The notes below the pieces were generated by a model. That model did not search any database. It had not been told where the DNA came from and saw only the letters and a program-made list of their open reading frames with translations. Shown piece by piece: positions 52,925-64,000 of a DNA stretch of 64,000 bases. Each line of letters opens with the position of its first letter. Within the stretch, counting starts at the first letter, position 1. Source of the stretch: an uncultured Spirochaetota bacterium. Lineage in GTDB: Bacteria > Spirochaetota > Spirochaetia > SZUA-6 > Fen-1364. A program made the translations under genes and the position numbers. The stretch spans positions 2,080,001 through 2,144,000 of the forward strand of contig CAWGAA010000001.1 in the NCBI GenBank assembly GCA_963820525.1, read 5' to 3'.

Positions 52925-52986
52925 TCGAACTTCGGTATCAATCGCAGGCGCGACGCCCAGAGGCGCCTCACCGCTTGAGCTTTTTT

Positions 52987-54588
52987 TCAGCTCTCCAGGA
53001 TCCTGGCTGCGTCCTCCTGGAAGGCGTCCATGACATAGGTGATCCCGCTCACCTTGGCCGCCTCCTCGGTGAGGGCGACGATATCGCTCCTGTTCACCGA
53101 ATCCAGGCGGAAGCTTCGGGCCCCGGCCATGAACTGGGTAAGACCCGTGCGCAGCTTGTCCACCAGTGTGTAGATGGCCACCGCTCCCAGGGGCAGGCGC
53201 GATGCGTCCTTTCCGAACCTTTCCTGGATGGCTGACCAGCCCGCGAATATCTGCTCCGGGGTGGTTCCGAACTGGCTCACCGTGTTGGGGAGGTTTTCCC
53301 AGTTCCTGCCCGCCTTCTTGGCCAGGACATCGGAGATGTTGTCGCCCACGAACCCGGGGATCATCAGGGCGCGGCCCATGCACACCGCCTTGAAGTATGG
53401 AGCGCCCATTGCGATGGCCTTGAAGATGTGATCCTCTGTGGAGAATCCGCCCGCCATGGCGAGGTCGGGAATCCACTTGCCGCGCGTGGCAAGCTTTTGG
53501 GCGCACTGGTACGCCATCGATTGCAGATAGAATGTCGGGATGCCCCACTCCTCCATCATCCTCCAGGGGCTCATGCCCGTTCCGCCGCCGGCCCCGTCGA
53601 TGGTGACCAGGTCCACCCGTGCCTCGGCGGACCACTTGATGGCCATGGCCAGCTCTCGCATCCCATAGGCCCCGGTCTTCAGGGTCACCCGCTCCGCGCC
53701 GACGGCGCGGCGGAGGTACTCGACCCTGCGGAGGAACTCCTCCTCGTCCACGAACCCCAGGCGGGAATGCCGCTCGAACTCCTTGATCCCCCCGTTCTTG
53801 AACGCGGTTTGAACGGCGGCGTTGGAGGGGTTGGGGGTGACGATATACCCGCGTCTCTGGAGCTCGATGGCCCTGTCCAGCTCGCGGATCTTGATCTCCC
53901 CGCCGATGCACTTGGCCCCCTGTCCCCACTTCAGCTCGATGGACTTCACGCCGAGCTTCTCCACGACGTACTCCGCCACGCCCAGCCGAGCGTCCTCCAC
54001 GTTGAGCTGCACGATGATATCGCCGAACTTGTCCTGCCATTCCTTGTAGATCTTGACCCTGCGCTCCATCTCGGGAGAGTGCGACACCTTTCCCTTGTCG
54101 TTGACCTTGAGCCCTGGATCTATTCCGCACACGTTCTCGCCGATGACCACGGTGATGCCGGAGATGGCGGCGCCCGCAGCGTAGCTCTCCCAATGCTTTC
54201 TGGCGATGTCCGTGGAGCCGAGGGCCCCCGTGAAGATGGGCATCTTCATTCTGACGGGATGGTTGTGGCCGTAGACGGTGGAGGTGTCCACATCGGGAAA
54301 GATCGCCTTGTCCGGGTTGGCCTCATCGATCGCCTTGGCGCCCAGGGCATATCCCATGATGTTGAGGTGGGAGTAATCGACGGGATATTCCTTGTCGCCG
54401 CCGGCCGTGATCGAGCCGAAGGGACCGGGATAGATCACCTCGCGGCCGCGCAGCGAGGCACGGAATATGTCGCAGTTGCCCGTGCAGTCGTCCATGCATC
54501 TGGTGCAGATGCCGGAGAACGGAGCGACATCCCGGGAGCGGTTTTTCGTGGAAATGGCATCATTTTGACCTGGTTGCTGTAGATTCAT
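52987..54588 (-). CDS. FMN-binding glutamate synthase family protein
   Basis: IELKWGQGAKCIGGEI, DGAGGGTGMSPW and MAGGFS. Confidence 0.92.
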   Translation of the reverse strand: MNLQQPGQNDAISTKNRSRDVAPFSGICTRCMDDCTGNCDIFRASLRGREVIYPGPFGSITAGGDKEYPVDYSHLNIMGYALGAKAIDEANPDKAIFPDVDTSTVYGHNHPVRMKMPIFTGALGSTDIARKHWESYAAGAAISGITVVIGENVCGIDPGLKVNDKGKVSHSPEMERRVKIYKEWQDKFGDIIVQLNVEDARLGVAEYVVEKLGVKSIELKWGQGAKCIGGEIKIRELDRAIELQRRGYIVTPNPSNAAVQTAFKNGGIKEFERHSRLGFVDEEEFLRRVEYLRRAVGAERVTLKTGAYGMRELAMAIKWSAEARVDLVTIDGAGGGTGMSPWRMMEEWGIPTFYLQSMAYQCAQKLATRGKWIPDLAMAGGFSTEDHIFKAIAMGAPYFKAVCMGRALMIPGFVGDNISDVLAKKAGRNWENLPNTVSQFGTTPEQIFAGWSAIQERFGKDASRLPLGAVAIYTLVDKLRTGLTQFMAGARSFRLDSVNRSDIVALTEEAAKVSGITYVMDAFQEDAARILES

Positions 54589-54684
54589 AAATATTCCTCC
54601 TATGAATAATATTGCATGAGTGATAAGTCAAATCTCCAATTTTGTCAATTACGGCAATGAGACGGAAATGAGACGCCACAAAGG

Positions 54685-55224
54685 CTATTCGGTGGGCCCG
54701 GCCCCCTTCACCTGTTCCTTGTAGAGGGCCCGGATCTCGTTGAGGATGGCGATGTAGGCAGGGCTTCGATAGTCGGGGTAGGTCCACTCCACTGCACGGA
54801 AGCTCCCCCCCTGGTAGAGGAGGGTCACCTCGGCGTAGATGCCCTGGGAGAGGGGAATGCGATGAGAACCGTCCTTCGTCGTGGCAAGGGAGAAACGACT
54901 GAGGCAGAGGAGGCCTGGATCGAGGTTGACCTTCCGCATGCCCTCCTCGCGGCGGCCATCCTCCAGGGCGTTGGTGGCTATCTTGATCCCGGCGAGGATG
55001 GAGGGGTCGACGAGCCTTTGGAAGGAGACGAACAACCGCTGGATCCCCTCGCCCATCTCCTGGTCGTAGTAGTGAGTGTAGGTGAAAGTAAGGGGTGCGC
55101 TCACGAAGTCCGCGGGACCGAAGGAGTGGACAAGCTCCTGGATGATCTCGTCCTTTTCATCGATTCTGCTCGTGAGAATTGCGATGACGAGCTTCTCCGG
55201 AAGAAATCGAGCGGGGGTTCCCAT
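54685..55224 (-). CDS. DUF4416 family protein
   Basis: F..T.YY..EMG, RKVNLDPG, LATTK..HRIPL..GIYAE and WTYPDY. Confidence 0.85.
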   Translation of the reverse strand: MGTPARFLPEKLVIAILTSRIDEKDEIIQELVHSFGPADFVSAPLTFTYTHYYDQEMGEGIQRLFVSFQRLVDPSILAGIKIATNALEDGRREEGMRKVNLDPGLLCLSRFSLATTKDGSHRIPLSQGIYAEVTLLYQGGSFRAVEWTYPDYRSPAYIAILNEIRALYKEQVKGAGPTE

Positions 55225-55262
55225 TGCGATCCGGCTTGAGTTTACCCTATAATCTCCTGTTA

Positions 55263-56678
55263 ATGGAAGGTTTCGAGGAGTTCCAGCGCAGGCTTGAAGG
55301 CTCCCTCGAGTCCCGGCGGGCGTACCTCGACACCCAGAGGCTGCCCCAGCTCAAGGAGTCTTTCAGAACGCTGCAGACCCAGGTCGAGGGGCTGCTCAAC
55401 ATCCTCACGAGAAAGGGCCTCCTGCGCGAGGATCCCTACAAATACAGCCAGAGGATATCGGAGATCGAAGCCCCTGCCGACGATCCGTTTCCGGAATCCG
55501 AGAAGACCGACGAGATGAGCTACCGGCTGTCCGGCTACAGGACCCAGCTGGACCACCTGAATACATACTACCAGTTCAGCGTCGCATTCTTCGACCTGCC
55601 GCGCCTGAAACGGCTCTCCGCTTTCCTGAGCTACATCCCGTGGAGATCCCTCTCGGAAACCGCCAAGAGCCCCACCACCCGCGCCCTCTCCCAGTTCCTG
55701 GGAAAGATCCGCGCGGGAAGCGACACCATGGCGGCCAGTATCGTGAAGGACTCGCTCATCCAGATGGAGAAGGTCGTCTCGCTGATCACCTCCTCCCTCG
55801 CCGAAGTCGTCTCCTTTCACAGGGAGTCGTTCAAATGCGAGCTGCGAAAGAAGGTCCTCCCCCACGTGGAGGCGAACGCGGAGGCGGTTTCGGCCAGGCG
55901 CGACGAGGTGATGCGCGCCGTCAAGCGAACGTTCGCTCAAGCGCTGCCGGGACAGCCGTACTACCCCGAGCTGGTGGAAGAGGTCCTCGAGGAGGATTTC
56001 GGGCCGGACGCCGAAAGCCTGCGGCAGAAGCTGCTGGATGCCCTCGCCGTGAAGGAACAGAAGAGAGAGGAAATAAAAAAGAAGGAAGACGTGCCGCACA
56101 AGGAGCTCCTCCTGGAGGCCGTGAGCGCGCTCTCCCGCATCGCCCCCGACCTCGGCTCCGCCGTGCTCAGCCTGGCGGACAACCAGGCGGTGATCTCCGC
56201 CCGGCGGCGCAGCCTCGGAGAGCGGATCCGCCAATGGCTTGAGCGCAGAGTATCCGGAAGACGGGAGGAGCAGGTCTACGAGGTGGAGTATTTCGAGGGC
56301 GATGACGCGGCGCCCAGGAGCGAGAAGATCAGCTTCATCCCGTTCGTCGATGGCCTGCGGAAAAAGAATACCCTTCTCAGCTCCCTGGCCAACCGCGCAA
56401 GCGGGGCGTACCAGAAAATGGAAGCGACGGGGGAGGACGCGCTCCTGGAGTTCGTGAGCAGGCAGCTGGCGGAGCTGAACCTCATCTATCGCAGGATGGG
56501 AGGGCTCGCCACCTACTTCCAGAGCGAGGTGAGCCGGGAGCAGAGACAGCGCCTGAAGGGGATCAAGATCGAGCTCACCGCGATCAAGAACGGCATCGTC
56601 AAGGCCAACCAGAAAAAGCACGAGTACGTCTCACGCAAAGAGGAAGAGGAGCAGATGAGGCGCCTGGGCATCCATTGA
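55263..56678 (+). CDS. Conserved hypothetical helical protein
   Basis: 471-aa ORF with host-like codon usage. Confidence 0.8.
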   Translation: MEGFEEFQRRLEGSLESRRAYLDTQRLPQLKESFRTLQTQVEGLLNILTRKGLLREDPYKYSQRISEIEAPADDPFPESEKTDEMSYRLSGYRTQLDHLNTYYQFSVAFFDLPRLKRLSAFLSYIPWRSLSETAKSPTTRALSQFLGKIRAGSDTMAASIVKDSLIQMEKVVSLITSSLAEVVSFHRESFKCELRKKVLPHVEANAEAVSARRDEVMRAVKRTFAQALPGQPYYPELVEEVLEEDFGPDAESLRQKLLDALAVKEQKREEIKKKEDVPHKELLLEAVSALSRIAPDLGSAVLSLADNQAVISARRRSLGERIRQWLERRVSGRREEQVYEVEYFEGDDAAPRSEKISFIPFVDGLRKKNTLLSSLANRASGAYQKMEATGEDALLEFVSRQLAELNLIYRRMGGLATYFQSEVSREQRQRLKGIKIELTAIKNGIVKANQKKHEYVSRKEEEEQMRRLGIH

Positions 56679-56714
56679 CCCTGCCGCAGCCGGATTGTCG
56701 ACCATGAGGGTGAT

Positions 56715-57401
56715 GTGAGCGACTCGTACTTCCGCGAGATCCTCGGCGTGGAACCGCGGGCCTCGCGAGACGACATCAAGCGGGCCTACCACAGGCTCGT
56801 GATGGAGAATCATCCCGATCGCTTCCCGCCGGAGAAAAAGCCGGTTCAGGAGCTGGCCATGATAACCCTGAACGAGGCGTACGGCTTTCTCATGAGCTGG
56901 GTGGACTCGGAGGCTCGAAGTGAAGCGGGCCGGAGCGCCGGGACGAGCGAGCCCGTCTCCCGCCGCTCGAAGCCGGCGGGCCGGACGCGCGCGGGGAGGA
57001 GCTCCGCGGCCCCGGCAAGCGCCGGGCAGGGCGCTCCCCCGGGCGGGCAAAGCGCCCCTGCCCCGCGCCCCGGGGTGACCCATCCCAAGGATCCCTCCTA
57101 CGCGTACTACAAGCAGGGATTCATAAACTTCTCCGTGGCCCTCCATGGAATCGCGGAGATGAACAGGAAGATCGCCTCCCAGAAATCAACAGCCTTCAAG
57201 CCGTACCGCGTCGCGCAGGACTTCGCCAACAGCCTCTCACTTCTGGCCGCCGCCCACGCCTACTTCCTGCGGGTGGTGGAAGAGTACTCAGCCAGCGTCT
57301 GGTGCGCGGACGCGCAGGCGAAGCTCAAGCGCATCGAGCGCTTCACCAAGCTCTACAGGAAGATCCTGGCCAACATGAGCGCGAGATATCGAAGGCGGTA
57401 G
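56715..57401 (+). CDS. J-domain protein
   Basis: ILGV...IKRAYHRLVMENHPD...LNEAY. Confidence 0.85.
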   Translation: MSDSYFREILGVEPRASRDDIKRAYHRLVMENHPDRFPPEKKPVQELAMITLNEAYGFLMSWVDSEARSEAGRSAGTSEPVSRRSKPAGRTRAGRSSAAPASAGQGAPPGGQSAPAPRPGVTHPKDPSYAYYKQGFINFSVALHGIAEMNRKIASQKSTAFKPYRVAQDFANSLSLLAAAHAYFLRVVEEYSASVWCADAQAKLKRIERFTKLYRKILANMSARYRRR

Positions 57402-57405
57402 GCGG

Positions 57406-59337
57406 CTAGACCCTGTATGTGCCCAGGACGCGCAGGTCTTCGGTCACGCCGGAAAGCTCCTGAACGGACCGGGAAAACACGGTGAGATCCGCGGGAAGAT
57501 CCACGTCCACGTAGAACAGGTATTCCCAGGGCTTTCCCATGATGGGGCGCGACTCCAGCTTCTTCATGTTCAGGCCGTGCGCGGCGATCACCTCCAGCGC
57601 CTTGAACAGGGAACCGGGCGTGTCCGCCACGGCGAAGCAGAAGGAGGCCTTGTTGGGGCCCCCGGGGGAAGCGCCGACGGACTGCGGCGGGGCTCCCAGC
57701 TCTTCGCGGCAGATCACCACGAAGCGGGTGTAGTTTTGCACGTCGGTCTCGATGCCCGCCTTGAGCACGGCAAGTCCGTAGACGCGCGCGGCCTCCTCGC
57801 TGGCGATGGCCGCGTTCTCCTTGGATCGGGTCTCCGCCACGAAGCGCACGGCGCCCGCCGTGTCGTAGTAGAAGTGGCGCTCCCACTGCGGATGCGCATC
57901 CAGGAGCTTGGCGCACTGGGCCAGGCCCTGGGGATGGGAGTATACGTGCCGGATGTCGGAGAGCCGGGCATCGGCAAGGCCGATGAGGTTGTGCACGATC
58001 CTGATCTTCTGCTCGCCCACGATGTGCACGTCCGGGTATTGGAGGAGAAGGTCGTAGTTCTGGTGGATGGAGCCCGTGAGGGAGTTCTCCACGGGAACCA
58101 TCCCGTAGGCGACCTTTCCCTGGAGCACGGAATCGAAGACGTCGCGGAACTCGGGCACCGGCACGCTCTTCACATCCTCGGTGAAGTAGCGGCGCACCGC
58201 ATGCTCCCCGAAGGCCCCGCGCTCGCCCTGGAAGGCCACCGAAATCTGCCCCCCGGTGGGAAGGGCGGCGGGCATGGCGCCGCGCTCGCCGCCGAGCGCC
58301 GCAGCGGCGCGCACCTCCGGCAGCCGGGCGATCTCCTTGCCCAGAACGGGAGCCAGGGCCTCGATGTCCCTCATGAGCTTCTCGAACTGCTCGGGATACA
58401 GCGACTGGGGTCCGTCGGATAGGGCCCGATCGGGGTCGGGGTGGACCTCCACGGTGATCCCATCCGCCCCCGCCGCCACGGCTGCCAGCGCCATGGGGCT
58501 CACTTTGTCCCGCAGGCCCGTGCCGTGACTGGGGTCGACGATGATGGGGAGGTGGCTGAGCTTCTTCACCACGGGGATCGCGGAGAGGTCGAGTGTGTTT
58601 CGCGTGGAGGTCTCGAAAGTCCTGATCCCCCTCTCGCAGAGGATGACCCAGTCGGTGCCGGCCGCCAGGAGGTACTCGGCGGACATGAGAAGGTCCTGGA
58701 TCGTCGCCGCCAGTCCCCGCTTGAGGAGCACGGGCTTTCCCAGGGAGCCGACGCGCTTCAAGAGCTCGAAGTTCTGCATGTTTCGCGCGCCGATCTGAAG
58801 CACGTCCACGTAGTCCCGCATGAGGGAGGCGTGCTCGGGAGTGACGATCTCGGAAACCACCGGCATCCCGTATTTCTCACCGGCTTCCTTGAGGTAGCCG
58901 AGGCCTTCCTCTCCAAGGCCCTGGAAGGCGTAGGGAGAGGTTCGGGGCTTGTAGGCGCCCCCGCGGAAGAGCACGGCGCCGGACTCCCTCACCCGCCGGG
59001 CGCACTCCATGACCTGCTCGCGGGACTCCACGGCGCAGGGTCCGGCGATCACCACCACCCGCAGGCCCCCGATGCGGACCGGTCCCACGGGGATGACCGT
59101 GTCCTCTTTTCTGAACTCGCGCGAGGCCAGCTTGTAGGGCGAGCTGATGGGGATGACGCGCGCCACGCCGGGGAGAAGCTCCACCTCCCGGGCGTCGATG
59201 CCGACGATGCCCACGGCGCCGAGGATCGTCTCCTCTTCCCCGACGATCTCCCGGATGGTGAAGCCCTTGGAGGTGAGGAATTCCCTCACCCTGTTTTTAT
59301 CCTGCTCGCGGATCGAGCGGTCGAGAACGATGATCAT
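57406..59337 (-). CDS. aroF: DAHP synthase (type I-beta) fused to prephenate dehydratase
   Basis: [16 protein letters not shown] and DPSHGTG, then FQGERGA, PVENS..G, SHPQ, NYTRF and ESRP. Confidence 0.93.
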   Translation of the reverse strand: MIIVLDRSIREQDKNRVREFLTSKGFTIREIVGEEETILGAVGIVGIDAREVELLPGVARVIPISSPYKLASREFRKEDTVIPVGPVRIGGLRVVVIAGPCAVESREQVMECARRVRESGAVLFRGGAYKPRTSPYAFQGLGEEGLGYLKEAGEKYGMPVVSEIVTPEHASLMRDYVDVLQIGARNMQNFELLKRVGSLGKPVLLKRGLAATIQDLLMSAEYLLAAGTDWVILCERGIRTFETSTRNTLDLSAIPVVKKLSHLPIIVDPSHGTGLRDKVSPMALAAVAAGADGITVEVHPDPDRALSDGPQSLYPEQFEKLMRDIEALAPVLGKEIARLPEVRAAAALGGERGAMPAALPTGGQISVAFQGERGAFGEHAVRRYFTEDVKSVPVPEFRDVFDSVLQGKVAYGMVPVENSLTGSIHQNYDLLLQYPDVHIVGEQKIRIVHNLIGLADARLSDIRHVYSHPQGLAQCAKLLDAHPQWERHFYYDTAGAVRFVAETRSKENAAIASEEAARVYGLAVLKAGIETDVQNYTRFVVICREELGAPPQSVGASPGGPNKASFCFAVADTPGSLFKALEVIAAHGLNMKKLESRPIMGKPWEYLFYVDVDLPADLTVFSRSVQELSGVTEDLRVLGTYRV

Positions 59338-59343
59338 CCTGGA

Positions 59344-60390
59344 TTACCTGTCCGAGAATACGCTCACGCGGTTTCTGCCGCGCTCCTTCGATTGGTAGAG
59401 GGCCTTGTCCGCAGAGCGAACGATCTCCGAGGGCGCGTAGTCCGCCTCGGGATCGAACTGGGTGACCCCCACGGATATCGTGACGTGAAGCGGCTCGGCG
59501 TCGCTGGGAAAGGCGAAGCCCCCGATGACCTTCCGCAGGCGCTCCGCCACCACGACCGCCCCCTTGGCGTCCACCTCGGGCAGGATTACCGCGAACTCCT
59601 CCCCTCCGTAGCGGGCGGGAAGGTCTACCTGCCGGATCGAGCGGGTGAGAAGCCTCGCCACCTCCTTGATGATGCAGTCTCCCTGGAGGTGGCCATAGCT
59701 GTCATTGAAATCCTTGAAATGGTCGATGTCGAACATGACGAGGCTGAAGGTGGACTTGTAGCGCCGGCCCCTCTCCATCTCCTCTTCCAGCATCTTCTCG
59801 AAGAAGTGGTGCGAGTACAGCCCCGTCATGCGGTCCGTGGTTGCCTGCCGGAAAAGCGTGGAGTTCTCGATGGCGATGGCGGCAAAACGGATCACCCGGG
59901 TGATGTACTGGATCTCCAGCAGGCCATAGGGCTGGCCCGTCCCGCTCTTGGGCAACAGGAGGATCCCGAACACGCCCTTGTCGGTTCGAAGCGGGGCGAT
60001 GAGATCGACGGCCAGCCCGGAAAGCTTCTCGAGGATCTCCTTGTCCGGAAAGGAATCCTTGAGAAACGAGAAGGAGATCTGGGCGTACTCGTCCTTGTTC
60101 AGAAACGCGAAGAGGGGAAGCAGGGTGGACAGATCCGGCGCGACCTCCTCCTTCTTGGTGCCCCGGTAGGAGTAGACAGCGATCGCGTTTTCGTCGACAT
60201 CCTCGCGGACGACGAATGTGACGGCCTCGGGCTGAAACCTCGACACGAGGCTCAGCGCAACATTCTTGATGATGTTCTCGACATCGAGCTGCGCCGTGAC
60301 CTGCAGGGCCATCTCGAGGATCTCCTTGAGGTCCTGGTTCTCCTTCTCCAGCGAGACTTCGTGCAGCTCGTCCACCAGACCGCCGCTCAT
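59344..60390 (-). CDS. GAF-GGDEF diguanylate cyclase (DgcA-like)
   Basis: DIDHFK.FND.YGH and ARYGGEEF; RxxD I-site (RQVD). Confidence 0.9.
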   Translation of the reverse strand: MSGGLVDELHEVSLEKENQDLKEILEMALQVTAQLDVENIIKNVALSLVSRFQPEAVTFVVREDVDENAIAVYSYRGTKKEEVAPDLSTLLPLFAFLNKDEYAQISFSFLKDSFPDKEILEKLSGLAVDLIAPLRTDKGVFGILLLPKSGTGQPYGLLEIQYITRVIRFAAIAIENSTLFRQATTDRMTGLYSHHFFEKMLEEEMERGRRYKSTFSLVMFDIDHFKDFNDSYGHLQGDCIIKEVARLLTRSIRQVDLPARYGGEEFAVILPEVDAKGAVVVAERLRKVIGGFAFPSDAEPLHVTISVGVTQFDPEADYAPSEIVRSADKALYQSKERGRNRVSVFSDR

Positions 60391-60528
60391 TTCAGCCGGC
60401 AGTATAGCGCGGATCGTCCCGCTTGCCAAGTTTGGCGGGTGGGACGTACCGGGCGGCGCTGCCGCCATCCATGGCTCCGCCCGCCTCCGGCATCCAACGC
60501 GGCGTTCGCTTCGCGAGCCGCCGCGGGC

Positions 60529-61893
<1,365 letters not shown>

Positions 61894-61978
61894 CGATTTT
61901 GCGCTACCATAGTGCACAGCCGCTCTCATGGTCAAGTGCACCCTTGCTTTTTCCCTCGATCGAGACTATGGTCACTCA

Positions 61979-62527
61979 ATGAAGCTTCGCGTCGCCTCCC
62001 TTTCGCTCGTCCTGCTGGCAGGGCTTTTCGTCGGCTGCGCCCCCACAGTGGCTGAAAAGAAGGTCATCCAGATCACCTATACGGGCACCCTTTCCGACGG
62101 GACCGTCTTCGATACGAGAGACGAGAAATCCCCGCTCGAGTTCACCATTGGCGCGGGCAAGATCAATCCGATCATCGAAAAAGCGCTCATCGGCATGAGA
62201 GTGGGAGAGAAGAAGAAGATCGAGGTCAAGGCGGCGGACGCCTACGGCGAGTATGACAAGGATGCGGTCCAGGAAGTTCCGAAATCGCTGCTTCCGGCGG
62301 ATCTGAAGCCCGAAGCGGGGATGAGGCTCACCGCCCAGTCTCCTTCAGGACCGCTCGTCGTCAGGATAATCGAGGTCAAAGACAAATCGGTCCTCGTCGA
62401 CTTCAACCACCCCTTGGCGGGAAAAGACCTCAGCTTCGAAGTCACGGTCGTGAAAGTCAGAAACACCACCGCGGAGGAGCTCGCCCGGAGTCAGACCCCG
62501 GCCGGACAGCCGCTTGAAAAGAAGTAG
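61979..62527 (+). CDS. FKBP/SlyD-type peptidyl-prolyl isomerase with a lipoprotein signal
   Basis: YTGTLSDGTVFD and VDFNHPLAGKDL; N-terminal LFVGC lipobox. Confidence 0.88.
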   Translation: MKLRVASLSLVLLAGLFVGCAPTVAEKKVIQITYTGTLSDGTVFDTRDEKSPLEFTIGAGKINPIIEKALIGMRVGEKKKIEVKAADAYGEYDKDAVQEVPKSLLPADLKPEAGMRLTAQSPSGPLVVRIIEVKDKSVLVDFNHPLAGKDLSFEVTVVKVRNTTAEELARSQTPAGQPLEKK

Positions 62528-62557
62528 GTCCCGCCGGGGCTCTGCCAGGAGCAAACA

Positions 62558-63142
62558 ATGAAGCTCATTGCGTTTCTCGGCAGCCCCCGATCCAACGGAA
62601 ACACGGACACTCTGGCCAACCGGATCCTGGACGGCGCACGGTCCGCCGGAGTGGAGGTGGAAAGCGTGGCCCTCCGCGGGCTGGACATCCAGCCCTGCAC
62701 CGGATGCGACCGCTGCTGGAAGAACGGGCGGCCCTGCATCTTCAGCGACGACATGGCGCGTCTCTACGACTCGATCTCCCGCGCCGATGTCCTGCTCTTC
62801 GCCACGCCCGTCTACTGGTACGGGCCCACAACCATCATGAAAGCCCTCATCGACCGCCTGGTGGTTTTCAATCGTCCCCAGGGACGCCCCCTCGTCGAGG
62901 GAAAGGCGGCCCTCCTCGTCTCCGCCTACGAGGAGAAGGGCCCGGAGGCGGTGGAGCCCCTGCTGCGGATGTTCGAGCTCAGCTTCCGGTACCTCGGCCT
63001 TCGCTGGATCGATCGCGTGGTGGTCGATGGCACGGGACCCAAGGGGTCCATTCTCGCCAAGCCGCACGCCCTGGAGAGGGCCGCGGCCATCGGCCGCGGC
63101 CTGCCCCAGTCGGCTCGCCAGGCAATGCCGAAGCCGGGGTGA
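62558..63142 (+). CDS. Flavodoxin-like (iron-sulfur flavoprotein/NADPH-FMN reductase) protein
   Basis: GSPRSNGNT, CTGCDRC..C and TPVYW. Confidence 0.9.
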   Translation: MKLIAFLGSPRSNGNTDTLANRILDGARSAGVEVESVALRGLDIQPCTGCDRCWKNGRPCIFSDDMARLYDSISRADVLLFATPVYWYGPTTIMKALIDRLVVFNRPQGRPLVEGKAALLVSAYEEKGPEAVEPLLRMFELSFRYLGLRWIDRVVVDGTGPKGSILAKPHALERAAAIGRGLPQSARQAMPKPG

Positions 63143-63221
63143 AAGCCCCCTGTCTTTCGGGCGGCTGCCGTCATTGACAGCTCAATCTTGGTTTGCAATG
63201 CTTGTCAGTGGAGCTCTGCGC

Positions 63222-64000
63222 GTGAGCCGATTGGCGCCAAGGCAAAAGCGGTACTTTCTTTCCATCATATTCTGCCTGCTCGCAGTTGTGGGCTTCGCCC
63301 AGGGCCGGTCGCCTTCCGTTCTCATCCTCGACTCCTACCACCCGGGGTATGCCTGGTCGGACAATGAGCTGGCCGGGCTCATGGAGAGGCTACGTGAGGG
63401 CTACCCCGATATCGACCCTTCCATCGAGTTCCTCGACGCGAAGCGCTTTCCCAGCTGGGAACATCTGCAGACGGTCAGGGACTTCCTCCAGAAGAAATAC
63501 GTACGCGAAAAGCTGGACCTGATCCTCGCGCTGGACAATTCTGCCCTTGATATGTTGGTGAGCTTCGCCAAGAGCCTGTTCCCCGATGTGCCGGTGGTAT
63601 TCGCAGGTTATAACGGTTTCTCCCCCGAGGTCGTCACGGGACGGAAGAAGGTGACCGGGGTTGCCGAGCTGGAGGACGAGGCGGGGACGATCAGGATCGC
63701 GCTCTCGCTCTTCCCGCATGCCACTCACCTGCTCGTGCTCGACGACCAGACCGCCACCGGCATCGCCGCGCGCAAGAACACGGAGAAGCTTCTTCCCGTG
63801 TTTTCGCACCGCGTATCGGCAACCTTTGCCCCGCCCGTCTCCTTCCGGCAGGCCGCGGATCTCATCAAGCGCCTGCCGCCCGATTCCTTCGTAATGATCG
63901 GGCCTTTTTCCACGGACAAGGACGGGCTCAGCCTGCCGCTGGATCAGGGTACCCAGCTTCTCACCGCGGCCGCGAATGTGCCCGCGTTCTCGAATACCGA
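63222..64000 (+). CDS. Membrane sensor with an ABC substrate-binding-like N-terminal domain (partial, runs off the window)
   Basis: VLILDSYHPGYAWSD..., EFLDAKR and VPVVFAG; frame open to the window end. Confidence 0.75.
   Translation, partial: MSRLAPRQKRYFLSIIFCLLAVVGFAQGRSPSVLILDSYHPGYAWSDNELAGLMERLREGYPDIDPSIEFLDAKRFPSWEHLQTVRDFLQKKYVREKLDLILALDNSALDMLVSFAKSLFPDVPVVFAGYNGFSPEVVTGRKKVTGVAELEDEAGTIRIALSLFPHATHLLVLDDQTATGIAARKNTEKLLPVFSHRVSATFAPPVSFRQAADLIKRLPPDSFVMIGPFSTDKDGLSLPLDQGTQLLTAAANVPAFSNT

Overview
GC-rich bacterial chromosome segment, most likely a spirochaete (inferred from the DAHP synthase-prephenate dehydratase fusion, the DgcA-like GGDEF protein and their neighbours). Host-type genes include a ThDP-enzyme/DJ-1 operon, leuS, an RND efflux operon, a GH3/7TM-kinase signalling operon, a TetR-ABC exporter and the run from glutamate synthase-like to aroF-pheA. 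Two accessory regions interrupt them. (1) About 4.4-19.4 kb is an AT-rich, integron-like cassette array read on the minus strand. It has three clear long attC-like hairpins (11406-11554, 14104-14260, 17875-18080) and a possible fourth (4432-4508). No intI is visible; the array is headed by an IS91-family HUH transposase that ends in its own attC-like site. The cassettes carry a TIGR04255 three-gene operon, BrnTA and a lipoprotein pseudogene, and are invaded by IS630, an IS5-like element and three IS1634 copies. (2) About 43.5-52.9 kb is a decaying defence/TA island (AEP primase-helicase, PIN/UPF0175, MNT/HEPN) bounded by a perfect 46-bp inverted repeat that overlaps a tRNA-Asn 3' half. Several single-base frameshifts may be assembly errors. 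Family assignments come from recognising motifs by eye; no database searches were run.
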